Origin: Argonema antarcticum A004/B2
Lineage (GTDB): Bacteria; Cyanobacteriota; Cyanobacteriia; Cyanobacteriales; Aerosakkonemataceae
NCBI RefSeq assembly: GCF_023333585.1
Contig: NZ_JAIQZN010000080.1
Span: forward strand, 685-32,684
Direction of reading: 5' to 3'
DNA length: 32,000 nt
Shown piece after piece: positions 1-8,598 of this stretch (the stretch's first letter is position 1; the number at the start of each line of letters is the position of its first letter). The notes beneath the pieces were generated by a model that ran no database searches, was not told the DNA's origin, and saw nothing but the letters and a program-made list of their open reading frames with translations. The translations under genes and the position numbers were made by a program.

Positions 1-1
1 G

Positions 2-1933
2 GAGTTATTATCACCACAGAACAAAATTTCTTTTGGATTTGGGGAAGCAGGTCAAGGTAACAAAGCGATTCAACTAGCGTTGTTTAAAATTGGAGTGGGA
101 TTTCTGATAATACGTACACAGCCAAAAAGTAATGATTTAAAAGATTGGCTGAATTTTCTGCACTATTTTCGTTTCTTAAAGGGACAGCAAGGAACTGGAG
201 TAGCAGCAAAACGAAAAACTGGATTAAACCCAGAGACTCAACAACCTGAATTTAGTCAGTTTTTTCCAGAACCAGCGGGGGGTGTTAGCCAATATAAAAA
301 TAGCGATCGCTGTTTATTTAATGAATTGATAATTGCTTTCCTGAAAACGGGAATCAGTGAAAAAAATCCCAAACAGTGGTGGCGAGAAGTATTTGTACCG
401 GGACAAATGCTGCCATTTTTCAGCCTCTTTATTAAGGAATTGCCAACAGAAAGTACCCCTTATTTACTTTACAAGTTACATAACTTTTTCCATACAGGTC
501 AAGGCAACCATCCTTGTTCCGAAGATTTGCAACCAGACAACCCAGCATTATTACCGTATATTACACAGCAATGGTTTGTCTTTGCCCTGGAAGGGGGTGG
601 TTTTCTGGCGGTTGATGCACCGCAGACTGACTTTTTTAAGCAAACTCTTCCCGCTCACTTGCGCGACCAATATTTTCTATTATTTTTGTTAGCGCTTCAT
701 CAGAAATTTGCCTTAATTAGACTATCAGAAATGGTGGCTGCTAATTGGAGAATTAGCGATGATGTGGAAACGGACGTACAGCATAATACGGAAGTATTTA
801 CTAACATTCGCAACCAATTGTTACTGTTTACAGCACGAGGTTATTTTACCCAAGTTATGCAGCGGGAACATCATCATCGCTGCTATCGCAAATGGCAAGA
901 AGTATTTCAATTAGAACGGCTGTATCGGGAACTGAACGACCAAGTGCGGGAGATGCACGAATACTCATTGATGCAGCTACTTCGACGACAGGATGAAGCG
1001 GCTAAAGAAAGCGATCGTCAGCGTCAAGAGGATATACGGCGACAAGATGAAGCGGCTAAAGAACGAGAACGTTTGTACTTGCAAGAACTACGAGCTAAGG
1101 ATGAGGCTGCCCAAAAGCGCGATCGCCAATTGCAAAATACAGTATACATTGTCACTGCGGGGTTAGGCGCTGGTGCGATCGTTGCTTCTAGTGCAGGCTT
1201 AATTACGCAAGGTAGCAGCGATGGTCAAGTAACAATCAAATTGCCGTTTACTTCTAGTGTACTGCATCCTTTTAGTGTTGCTGTCGCTTTGAGCTTAATT
1301 TCTGCATTAGGATTTGGAGGAGCAGTTTGGGGAGCAAGGAAACTGATTGCGTGGTATCGTAACAAAGTAGCCCAAGATAATCTGTTAAATTTTATCAAGC
1401 TCTTATCGGAGCGCTCAGGTTGGTTTTCCATTCAAGACCGAGAGAATTTGGGTAAGTTGATTGCTTCTCAACCAAATGATGCTGTGGAAATATGGGAAGC
1501 ACTGTTTAATTGGTGTCAAGATAATAGCCATAATTATCCTATCCTAGACGAATTAGGGAGATTGCCAAAAAGCCTAGCTAAAAATAATTTTTCTCAAACA
1601 GATAAGAATCATAAAAAAATGTTGCTAGACGCGATCGCTCCTCCGAATCTGGCTCACAAGAAGATAGAATCATTTATTAGGTTATTAACGACTCGGCAGG
1701 AGTTGTTTTCCGATGCCGAGCAGGAAAGCTTACGTCGAGAAGCCCCTCATTGGCCAGAAGACGTAGAACAGCTTGCAAATGCGATCGGCTTTTGGTGTAA
1801 AGTTGAGGGTCGTTCTCAAATTTATGCAGAGCTATTGCAATTGCAAAACAGCCTGCCCAGCAATCACCTGCTTTCAAATCAAGGTAAAACTAAAGATATG
1901 TTACTTAATTTACTAAATATGAAAGGAAAATAA
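2..1933 (+). CDS. Uncharacterised two-TM membrane protein with coiled-coil stalk; first gene of the type III operon and possibly 5'-truncated by the window edge
   Basis: The track ORF 80..1933 starts at a TTG, but the same frame has no stop back to nt 2, so the true start may lie upstream of the window. Three in-phase 54-bp (18-aa) tandem units, RRQDEAAKE-like, span 983-1144. They run into two hydrophobic helices (VYIVTAGLGAGAIVASSAGLI; FSVAVALSLISALGFGGAVWGA) followed by the basic stretch RKLIAWYRNK. Two copies of a ~60-aa module follow (FIKLLSERSGWFS..FNWC and FIRLLTTRQELFS..GFWC). The stop at 1931-1933 is 1 nt from the next ATG. No family was recognised by eye. Confidence 0.6.
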   Translation, partial: ELLSPQNKISFGFGEAGQGNKAIQLALFKIGVGFLIIRTQPKSNDLKDWLNFLHYFRFLKGQQGTGVAAKRKTGLNPETQQPEFSQFFPEPAGGVSQYKNSDRCLFNELIIAFLKTGISEKNPKQWWREVFVPGQMLPFFSLFIKELPTESTPYLLYKLHNFFHTGQGNHPCSEDLQPDNPALLPYITQQWFVFALEGGGFLAVDAPQTDFFKQTLPAHLRDQYFLLFLLALHQKFALIRLSEMVAANWRISDDVETDVQHNTEVFTNIRNQLLLFTARGYFTQVMQREHHHRCYRKWQEVFQLERLYRELNDQVREMHEYSLMQLLRRQDEAAKESDRQRQEDIRRQDEAAKERERLYLQELRAKDEAAQKRDRQLQNTVYIVTAGLGAGAIVASSAGLITQGSSDGQVTIKLPFTSSVLHPFSVAVALSLISALGFGGAVWGARKLIAWYRNKVAQDNLLNFIKLLSERSGWFSIQDRENLGKLIASQPNDAVEIWEALFNWCQDNSHNYPILDELGRLPKSLAKNNFSQTDKNHKKMLLDAIAPPNLAHKKIESFIRLLTTRQELFSDAEQESLRREAPHWPEDVEQLANAIGFWCKVEGRSQIYAELLQLQNSLPSNHLLSNQGKTKDMLLNLLNMKGK

Positions 1934-1934
1934 A

Positions 1935-3398
1935 ATGACTAATTTAATCGTGCAAGTTCTCGGTAATAGCGATGTTGAAGTTGATGGAGAAGATGGTTTA
2001 AAAAAGTTAGAACAACTCTATTCTCTAGAAGAGATCCAGGAACAGGCTCGGTGGAACGATCGAGATTTTATCGAACAACTAAACAGAGTTAGTTTTCCCT
2101 TAGTACAAAAGCTTTATGACAATTTATCTACTGATACGGATATTTTGTTTGCTTTTATCCTGACTGACCAAATTCGATGGACGCAAAATCATAATGGCAC
2201 GGCAGAATTGTGGAGCAGTGTCGTTACCTTAGATGGCATTTGGTGGAAAAATATTTTATTAGCGTGGTGTCGAAACAAAAATATAGGTTGTTATCCTATC
2301 CGGCTAAATGTTGAACCAAATGTACCTAATGGGGCGGCTGACTGGGAAGGAATGGCAGAAGCGATCGATCCTTTATTAGATAAATATATCGTATTTGAAA
2401 ATAACTCGATATATTTTACACCAGAAGAAGGAGACAAAATTCCCATAGAAAAAATTATCGTACAGCATAGCAGCGGTACACCTGCTTTAAGTGGTGCTTT
2501 ATATCTTTGGGGTATCGAACAAAAGCTAGCTGGTAAAAATATCGATTTTGTTTATATTTCCGAACAAGAAGCAGACTGTCCTATACATCCCGGTAAGCAT
2601 TGGCAGTGGCGGCTCAAAGTGCCTCAAATTCGCGAATTATTGGAAATTCAAGATTTTAGTGGCGCTTTAAAGTTATTAGATTCCCTTCATCCTAGATATC
2701 AAGAGTTAGTTGAGTCGCTCTCTTTTCTCGACCGATCGGTTTCTTTGAATTTAGAAGGGAGAAATCTAGAGGGAAAAGAAAGTATTATCGAACGGGTAAG
2801 TATTGCTTTGTGGAGTGAAAAAGCTTTTCGCGATCGCAGTCAGTGGATGCACTGGTATTTGAGAATGGCTGGTTCTTTTGAGTTAGCTTTATATTTGTTA
2901 TTGGAAAAGCAAGGAAATAACAATTATCAATGGGAAAATAAAAAATTGATTTTTAGGGGAGATAAAGACACAGGAGATATTGCTAAATCTGGGATTGCAA
3001 ATGTTGTAGCCAAACTCTTGACTACGGGTGAATTGATTTATTCATTTTACCATAAACCACCCACAACTTTTGACAGTCAGCCAATCAACGATTCAAATTG
3101 GGAGCAGTTTAACAGTTTTTATTTAAATAAATGGTTGCAAACCAAAAAAGAGTGTTATGGATTTAATTCTTTGAGAAATGAACTATTCCATAATTTAAGA
3201 GGTGACTTCATCGATAAACTATTGGATGAAAAAACCAAAAAAATTAATGGTAAAGTTGACCATAAAGAGCATCCATCTCAAGTAGCTGTTGATTGGTTGG
3301 AATATATCATAGGGCTAGCTGATTTAGCCGATGAAGTTAAAAATCGGTCTAATAAATATCGCGATCGCATCTCACAAATATTAACAATTTTGCAATGA
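1935..3398 (+). CDS. CARF-HEPN ancillary RNase (Csx1/Csm6-like)
   Basis: 487-aa ORF wedged between the membrane-protein gene and cas10, with an ATGA overlap at 3395-3398. The N-terminal half is Rossmann-like (LIVQVLGNSD; ILFAFILTDQ; IIVQHSSGTPALSGALYLWG, which resembles a CARF ligand loop). The C-terminal helical half carries the R-x4-H HEPN motif RNELFH (3174-3191). Assignment rests on motif and context only. Confidence 0.65.
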   Translation: MTNLIVQVLGNSDVEVDGEDGLKKLEQLYSLEEIQEQARWNDRDFIEQLNRVSFPLVQKLYDNLSTDTDILFAFILTDQIRWTQNHNGTAELWSSVVTLDGIWWKNILLAWCRNKNIGCYPIRLNVEPNVPNGAADWEGMAEAIDPLLDKYIVFENNSIYFTPEEGDKIPIEKIIVQHSSGTPALSGALYLWGIEQKLAGKNIDFVYISEQEADCPIHPGKHWQWRLKVPQIRELLEIQDFSGALKLLDSLHPRYQELVESLSFLDRSVSLNLEGRNLEGKESIIERVSIALWSEKAFRDRSQWMHWYLRMAGSFELALYLLLEKQGNNNYQWENKKLIFRGDKDTGDIAKSGIANVVAKLLTTGELIYSFYHKPPTTFDSQPINDSNWEQFNSFYLNKWLQTKKECYGFNSLRNELFHNLRGDFIDKLLDEKTKKINGKVDHKEHPSQVAVDWLEYIIGLADLADEVKNRSNKYRDRISQILTILQ

Positions 3399-5605
3399 AT
3401 ATACAAGACTGGTTATCCAAACAACAACAAATTTATCCCCAGCAACCGTTACCCGATGTAAGCCCTAATTTGTCTTGTCATCCAGTTAGCGGGGAATGGC
3501 AAGATTCGGCACATATAAAAAGTAAATTTTGGTGGGGTGGTGGCGCTTCGGAAGAGGCTTGTAACCAAATTGAGGGAGACAATTTTGACCATCTAAATCG
3601 AGTAGCGGTGCTATCATTTGGCCCAGTACAGACCTTTTTAGGTGGTGGACAAAGATTGAGAGATTGGGCGGTAGCTTCTTGGCTGTGTCACTATCTTTCA
3701 GCAGTTCTAATTTATCGCTGGGAAGAAGCAGGTGGTAAAGTTTTACTGCCTTTACATCAAAGTTCAAAATTAGTCAATTGGTTGAAAGGAAGTAATGCAG
3801 TTTCCGATCGATTTTGGCAGGCAGAATTACCAAACGTAATTACAGCATTATACCCCAATCGAGACAATTGGTTAGACCAAAGGAAAGAGGTTATTAAAAA
3901 CGAATGGAAACGTTTTCTAGAAGCTTTAGAAAAAGCTGCGATCGCTCAATATCCGCGCTTGCTTGATGGTCAAGGATGGCGCGTTATCCATTCTGATAAC
4001 CAATATCTTTGGTCAGTTTATACTGAAGAAACTGCCCTTAATATGGAAACTGTTAGCGAAGATATCGATAGTTTACATCAGCGAATTGAATCGCGAAAAA
4101 TTGGTCGAGAATGGTCGGGTACTTGGTGGGGAGGGCGTACCAGTCCCAGCGATGGTTGTCTGTCAATTTGGCATCCAGGTTTAAAATTAATTTATCAAGG
4201 TGGAATGTGGGGATTACCTGACAACCAGATCGACAGTTGGTGGGAAAGGGCTACTCAAGAAAGTAAATTACAAGGATTATTTTCTAGTACAGACCGTCTT
4301 AATAGTATCGAATTAGTTAAACGGTTAGCTTCTGTTCCCGAAATTATCGAACCAACTTTAAAAGATTTGTGGAAAAAAAATCCCCCCGAATGTCCTTGGG
4401 GTCGCTTTCCAGATCGAACTGCTGCTGCTGCTGCTTGGGTAACAACTTCTATCAAACCAGATCGATGGAATCAAGAAGTTGGAGTTTTGCATGAATACTA
4501 TCTTAACAAGAAACCAATCTATTTTTGGGGAATGCCCAAAGCAGACGAACAATCTCCTTCTTTTGCCCATCCGCGTGTATTGGAACGGCGAAATATTGAA
4601 GATGAAACGATGATTGAGGATTGGGAAAACAATGTACCGCAAGGTTGGGAAAGTACCATTGAATGGACGGTGGGATGGCGGGGTGATGGGGATAATATGG
4701 GTAAATGGTTATCAGGAGAACAATATGAAAAGCTAAGGTTGCTTTGGTCGCAATGGCATCCTAATTCTGCAATGATAACCCAACATAATTTAGGGATTAA
4801 TCCGGCGATCGATCCGGTTCAATGCAGGCAGATGGAATTACCCCATATCCTCGATCTATCGGTACTATTTGGATTGTGGAATGAACTGCTTTATCCTTTA
4901 ACAGAAGAAGTTCATCACGGGAAAGTCATTTTTGCTGGAGGTGATGATTTTCTGTTATTAGGGCCGTTAACTGAAGCGATTTCTCTTACCAGCGATTTGC
5001 ATTCGCTTTGGATGGGAGAAGCTTCGCCGTTAACACAACCTTTAGACCCGCCTGTAGATGGTTGGGTAGAGTACAATTCTCAAATTTACCCCATACCTGG
5101 AAAGAAGATGAATTTCAGTTTGGGGTTAGTAATTGCCCAGCGGAGGATTCCTCAGTCTTTGTGGCATCGAGGATTGAATCAGGCATATAAGGAAGCTAAA
5201 AATAAGGGGCGAAATCGAGTCTGTGTGAAAGTTTTGTTTAATAGCGGACAATCTTTAGATTGGATTTGTCCTTGGCCTTTGTGGAATTTGTTAATGCCTG
5301 TGGAACCGATCGCTACTAATCAAACTGAATTAAATCGCTGGGAAAAATTACTTTCTTACTTGGAAAGCAGTCGCTTGCGAGAGGTTTCTATTTTTACAGT
5401 ACGAGATTTGATTGAAACTCTGTGGGCTAGCGTGGGAATTCGTCTGACTTGGCAACAAGTTATGGATGTAGGACGCGCTGAATTTGAGGCAGAAATTAAA
5501 GATTGGCAGTGGTGGATTAATTGGATTAGTTTGAAAGCTTTTCTAGCAAGGCAAGCGCAACAACGGCAAAAGTGGGTGGAATTGATGACGGAGGGGAAAG
5601 CATGA
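3395..5605 (+). CDS. cas10: Cas10 (Cmr2) large subunit, HD domain absent, cyclase GGDD present
   Basis: 736 aa. The Palm-domain start VAVLSFGPVQTFLGGGQRLRDWAVASWLCHYLS lies about 70 aa from the N terminus. The cyclase motif is VIFAGGDDFLLLGP, with GGDD at 4937-4948. The gene is followed by cmr3-5-like genes. Confidence 0.9.
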   Translation: MNIQDWLSKQQQIYPQQPLPDVSPNLSCHPVSGEWQDSAHIKSKFWWGGGASEEACNQIEGDNFDHLNRVAVLSFGPVQTFLGGGQRLRDWAVASWLCHYLSAVLIYRWEEAGGKVLLPLHQSSKLVNWLKGSNAVSDRFWQAELPNVITALYPNRDNWLDQRKEVIKNEWKRFLEALEKAAIAQYPRLLDGQGWRVIHSDNQYLWSVYTEETALNMETVSEDIDSLHQRIESRKIGREWSGTWWGGRTSPSDGCLSIWHPGLKLIYQGGMWGLPDNQIDSWWERATQESKLQGLFSSTDRLNSIELVKRLASVPEIIEPTLKDLWKKNPPECPWGRFPDRTAAAAAWVTTSIKPDRWNQEVGVLHEYYLNKKPIYFWGMPKADEQSPSFAHPRVLERRNIEDETMIEDWENNVPQGWESTIEWTVGWRGDGDNMGKWLSGEQYEKLRLLWSQWHPNSAMITQHNLGINPAIDPVQCRQMELPHILDLSVLFGLWNELLYPLTEEVHHGKVIFAGGDDFLLLGPLTEAISLTSDLHSLWMGEASPLTQPLDPPVDGWVEYNSQIYPIPGKKMNFSLGLVIAQRRIPQSLWHRGLNQAYKEAKNKGRNRVCVKVLFNSGQSLDWICPWPLWNLLMPVEPIATNQTELNRWEKLLSYLESSRLREVSIFTVRDLIETLWASVGIRLTWQQVMDVGRAEFEAEIKDWQWWINWISLKAFLARQAQQRQKWVELMTEGKA

Positions 5606-6591
5606 GTAGATGGTATTCTATTACGCCAGCGGGAACGGTAGCGATCGGGAATCTGACTCCGGTCGGTCAAAATAGCGGACAAGTGGGCTGTCGTTGGCCA
5701 CCGAACGGTCATCATCTGGCAGCTTGTTTGAAATTACCATCAAATTGTCAAATTTGGGGGCCGTTTTGGTATAAGGGCGAAGGGAATATTTACGTTACAT
5801 TACCTCTGCCTGTTTATCGGTTGGAATCTAAAACAGAGGAACTACCCCAAGAAATTTTTCGCTTGCAATGGCGAGACGGACAATGGCAGAAACAATCGGA
5901 ACATCAAGAACAAGAAATTGAAATTATTGGCGGTAGATATTTAATTCGTGGCAATACTTTAAAGACATTTTGGCAGGCAGGAAAGTTGAAAAATCCGCAA
6001 CTGCAAAAATTTCCTTGGCAAACGCTTACTTTAAGTCACAATAGCCGGGAAGATTACCAAGTTAAAGATGAGGGAGGCTTTTTTGCGGAAATGACTACTT
6101 TAATGTCGCCTGGGTGGTCGATTTTGGTCAAGGTGATGGGAGATTGCAAGTTAGACGAGTGGGGTTTTTTGGGCGCAGGAGGTACGCCAGTTGCGATCGC
6201 GCCCGTAGAAATAAAGGAGGATTGGTTAACGGCAGATTGTCCCAACCCTACTGGTGCGGTTTTACTCACCGGGGCGTTGTGGCAACAGGGGTCATCCGGC
6301 ACACTCAGCAGCAAAGTATCTTGTCCCGTTCCACCATTGCCGATTAAAGCTTATGCTGCCGATACAGGCGTTCCCTGGCAATCTTGGAAAAAGGTCAAAC
6401 ACCGTGATGAAAAAGACAACCCCAATGCTGAAAAACGGGTAGAAGTTTTTACACCGGGAGAATGGATGACTCCCGCAGGCGCGGTGTATCTGTGGGAGGG
6501 AACTGCACCTTTGTTAAAATCCGAACCTTTGCCGGATGCTTACCATCGTCATGTTTTAGGTTACGGACATTTATGGTTATTTCAGGAGTGA
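5602..6591 (+). CDS. cmr3: Cmr3-like (Cas5-family) subunit
   Basis: The ATG at 5602 overlaps the cas10 stop (ATGA). The track's 5572 start is a GTG inside cas10. Size (~330 aa) and position fit Cmr3, and there are glycine-rich segments (FLGAGGTPVAIAP). No decisive motif was recognised. Confidence 0.55.
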   Translation: MSRWYSITPAGTVAIGNLTPVGQNSGQVGCRWPPNGHHLAACLKLPSNCQIWGPFWYKGEGNIYVTLPLPVYRLESKTEELPQEIFRLQWRDGQWQKQSEHQEQEIEIIGGRYLIRGNTLKTFWQAGKLKNPQLQKFPWQTLTLSHNSREDYQVKDEGGFFAEMTTLMSPGWSILVKVMGDCKLDEWGFLGAGGTPVAIAPVEIKEDWLTADCPNPTGAVLLTGALWQQGSSGTLSSKVSCPVPPLPIKAYAADTGVPWQSWKKVKHRDEKDNPNAEKRVEVFTPGEWMTPAGAVYLWEGTAPLLKSEPLPDAYHRHVLGYGHLWLFQE

Positions 6592-6596
6592 ATTAA

Positions 6597-7370
6597 ATGG
6601 CTATTGAATGGTTAATTTGTCGAGAACCTGTACATATTGGGGGTGCTGATAGTAGCAGTCGCGGTAATAATAATCCCATATTTCGATTGCCCGATCGCAG
6701 TCCGGCGATTCCTGGTAGTTCGTTGCGAGGGGCATTGCGAGAACACGCTAAAAGTGATGCTAACTATCAACCATTAGTAAAAAATTGGTTTGGTGGTGAG
6801 AATAATGATATTTCTCCGGGCAATATTTCTTTAGGTTGGGGTTGGCCTGTGTGGTGGCCTGTTCATGTGTTGGGATATGGTAATTGGTGGGTGAGTTGTC
6901 CCAGTTGGTTAAATCGATTTTGCCAATTATCTCAACGATCACCTTTGAACCTTGCTACAGATAAAGTTCATATTACGGAACCACAACTTCGTAATAAAAC
7001 GGTTTATTTGCGGTGGTTAAAGTTGACAAATGTACAGTATTATGCAAACGAATTGCCAGCGCCAGCGGAAGTACCAAAAGATAGGCGAATAGTGGTACCG
7101 GATACTAGCATTAATTTAATTGTGGATATGGGTTTGGTACGACAACCGCGAGTTAGTTTGAAAGATGAAGCGGATGAAAAAGGAAATTTAGTCAACAATT
7201 TATTTGCCGTTGAAGGTTTTCCACCAGGTTCGGTTTTTCTGCTCACTTGGACGACGCGGGAAAAAGTGGAAGAGTTAAACAAGTGGAATGATTTTTTAAT
7301 GGGAGAACATTATCTTGGGGGCTTGTGGAGTGTGGGTTATGGACGGGTGTTTATTTCTCATATTGTATAG
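6597..7370 (+). CDS. cmr4: Cmr4-like Cas7 backbone RAMP
   Basis: 257 aa. The RAMP signature is RGNNNPIFRLPDRSPAIPGSSLRGALREH. A Trp-rich segment (GWGWPVWWPVHVLGYGNWWVSCPSWLNRF) sits in the usual Cmr4 position, and the C terminus is glycine-rich (LGGLWSVGYGRV). Confidence 0.8.
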   Translation: MAIEWLICREPVHIGGADSSSRGNNNPIFRLPDRSPAIPGSSLRGALREHAKSDANYQPLVKNWFGGENNDISPGNISLGWGWPVWWPVHVLGYGNWWVSCPSWLNRFCQLSQRSPLNLATDKVHITEPQLRNKTVYLRWLKLTNVQYYANELPAPAEVPKDRRIVVPDTSINLIVDMGLVRQPRVSLKDEADEKGNLVNNLFAVEGFPPGSVFLLTWTTREKVEELNKWNDFLMGEHYLGGLWSVGYGRVFISHIV

Positions 7371-7383
7371 TTAGGAGTGGATT

Positions 7384-7821
7384 ATGAATCCCGTGAGTTC
7401 TTATGAGTTAGATAGAGAAGTTTTCCAACTGCTGAATCCTGGAGAAGGACAATTAGATAATTGGCAGGGGGCGGCAAGTGGCATTGCTGATTATGTAGCT
7501 AGTTGGGGTGTGGAACGCTTTTGGGCGATGTCGCGATCGCGAGTGTTATTAGGTGGCGAAATGCCCAATGCTGCAACGGGTTCCGATGAGGAAAAGCGTT
7601 ATTTTGCTTGGGGTGTAGCGCGGGTAGTTTTGTGCAAAATTGTCGGTACTGATTTGCGGATTGAAAAAACAATGACAACTGAAGCGTTTCAGAATCGCTT
7701 TCGAGAATTGGATTTTAATCAGCAGGTTTTGTTGACTGATTTGTTGATGGAAATTTCGGATACGATTCAGTTTTGGACAATGCGATTGAAGGATGCTAAG
7801 AAGTGTAATACGCAGGTTTGA
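7384..7821 (+). CDS. cmr5: Cmr5-like small subunit (Cas11)
   Basis: 145-aa ORF directly after cmr4 and the last gene of the operon. The call rests on size and position; no motif was seen. Confidence 0.5.
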   Translation: MNPVSSYELDREVFQLLNPGEGQLDNWQGAASGIADYVASWGVERFWAMSRSRVLLGGEMPNAATGSDEEKRYFAWGVARVVLCKIVGTDLRIEKTMTTEAFQNRFRELDFNQQVLLTDLLMEISDTIQFWTMRLKDAKKCNTQV

Positions 7822-7847
7822 TTGAGTGGTTTGGGTAATGAATTAAA

Positions 7848-7891
7848 AGAAACGAAGATGAAAACATTCTTCGCTTCTTTATTTTTAATTT
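7848..7891. terminator. Bidirectional intrinsic terminator between the cmr operon and the trailer end of array 1
   Basis: Stem AGAAACGAAGA (7848-7858) pairs with TCTTCGCTTCT (7868-7878) with one mismatch and a 9-nt loop. A T-run (TTATTTTTAATTT) follows on the + strand, and AAAA precedes it, which reads as a T-run on the minus strand. Confidence 0.7.
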
Positions 7892-7946
7892 ATAATGAAT
7901 ATTTTTACCTTCACCTATAGTCAGATATATCCTTTAACTGGACAGA

Positions 7947-8598
7947 GTTTTCACACCTTTTCCTTCTAATGAAGGTCGCTACTTTTTTATAATACCTTAT
8001 CCAACAATGGTTTTGTAAAGCTTCAACACCTTTACCTTCTAATGAAGGTCGCTACCTGATTCTATTACGGTGATTGCCAGCGCTACCACTTGTTTCAACA
8101 CCTTTACCTTCTAATGAAGGTCGCTACGTCTGGGATTTGTTACCGCCCAGCAAAGCGGCAATCAAATAGCGATGGTTTCAACACCTTTACCTTCTAATGA
8201 AGGTCGCTACCGCCCTAAAAGCATTAGGGCTAGGGGAGCGCCTGATAGTGGTTTCAACACCTTTACCTTCTAATGAAGGTCGCTACGTGACCGGCGCGAC
8301 CGGTTTTGTCGGCTCGGCGGTGGCGCGGGTGGTTTCAACACCTTTACCTTCTAATGAAGGTCGCTACTCGATCGCTAGCCCCTTGCATTTAGAGCTAGAG
8401 CAGTTGCCTCAGCTTTGTTTCAACACCTTTACCTTCTAATGAAGGTCGCTACCACCACTACAGCAGCAGCAGCAAAAACGGGACAAGACAGTTTCAACAC
8501 CTTTACCTTCTAATGAAGGTCGCTACGCCATCATGAAGGTGGGGATTTCTGCAAGTTCGCGCGTTTCAACACCTTTACCTTCTAATGAAGGTCGCTAC
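7947..8598 (-). CRISPR. CRISPR array 1: 9 repeats of 36 bp, 8 spacers of 36-49 bp
   Basis: Repeats start at 7947, 8020, 8092, 8175, 8251, 8332, 8417, 8491 and 8563. The + strand consensus is GTTTCAACACCTTTACCTTCTAATGAAGGTCGCTAC. The transcribed (minus) form is GTAGCGACCTTCATTAGAAGGTAAAGGTGTTGAAAC, which ends in the type III-like tag GTTGAAAC. The two lowest-coordinate repeats are degenerate (3 mismatches and 1 mismatch), marking the trailer. The conserved leader lies on the high-coordinate side. Confidence 0.97.

Noticed and set aside
357-692. Short ORFs nested in or antisense to long genes, such as 357..692, 1225..1431, 3486..3767, 4358..4642, 6054..6314, 9553..9759, 14515..14886, 16823..17152, 18071..18292, 24633..24932
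   Set aside because: They lie wholly inside much longer ORFs that carry recognisable domain motifs. They have no independent start context or motifs, so they are treated as frame shadows.
5572-5601. Track start of the Cmr3-like ORF at 5572
   Set aside because: That start is a GTG inside the cas10 coding end. The ATG at 5602 forms an ATGA overlap with the cas10 stop, matching the coupling seen at the other junctions.
8197-8439. 80-aa + strand ORF across array 1, and likewise ORFs 13102..13377 and 13838..14134 across array 2
   Set aside because: Their peptides are periodic translations of CRISPR repeats (VSTPLPSNEGRY; VSTPFLFSKSQS). They are artefacts of the arrays.
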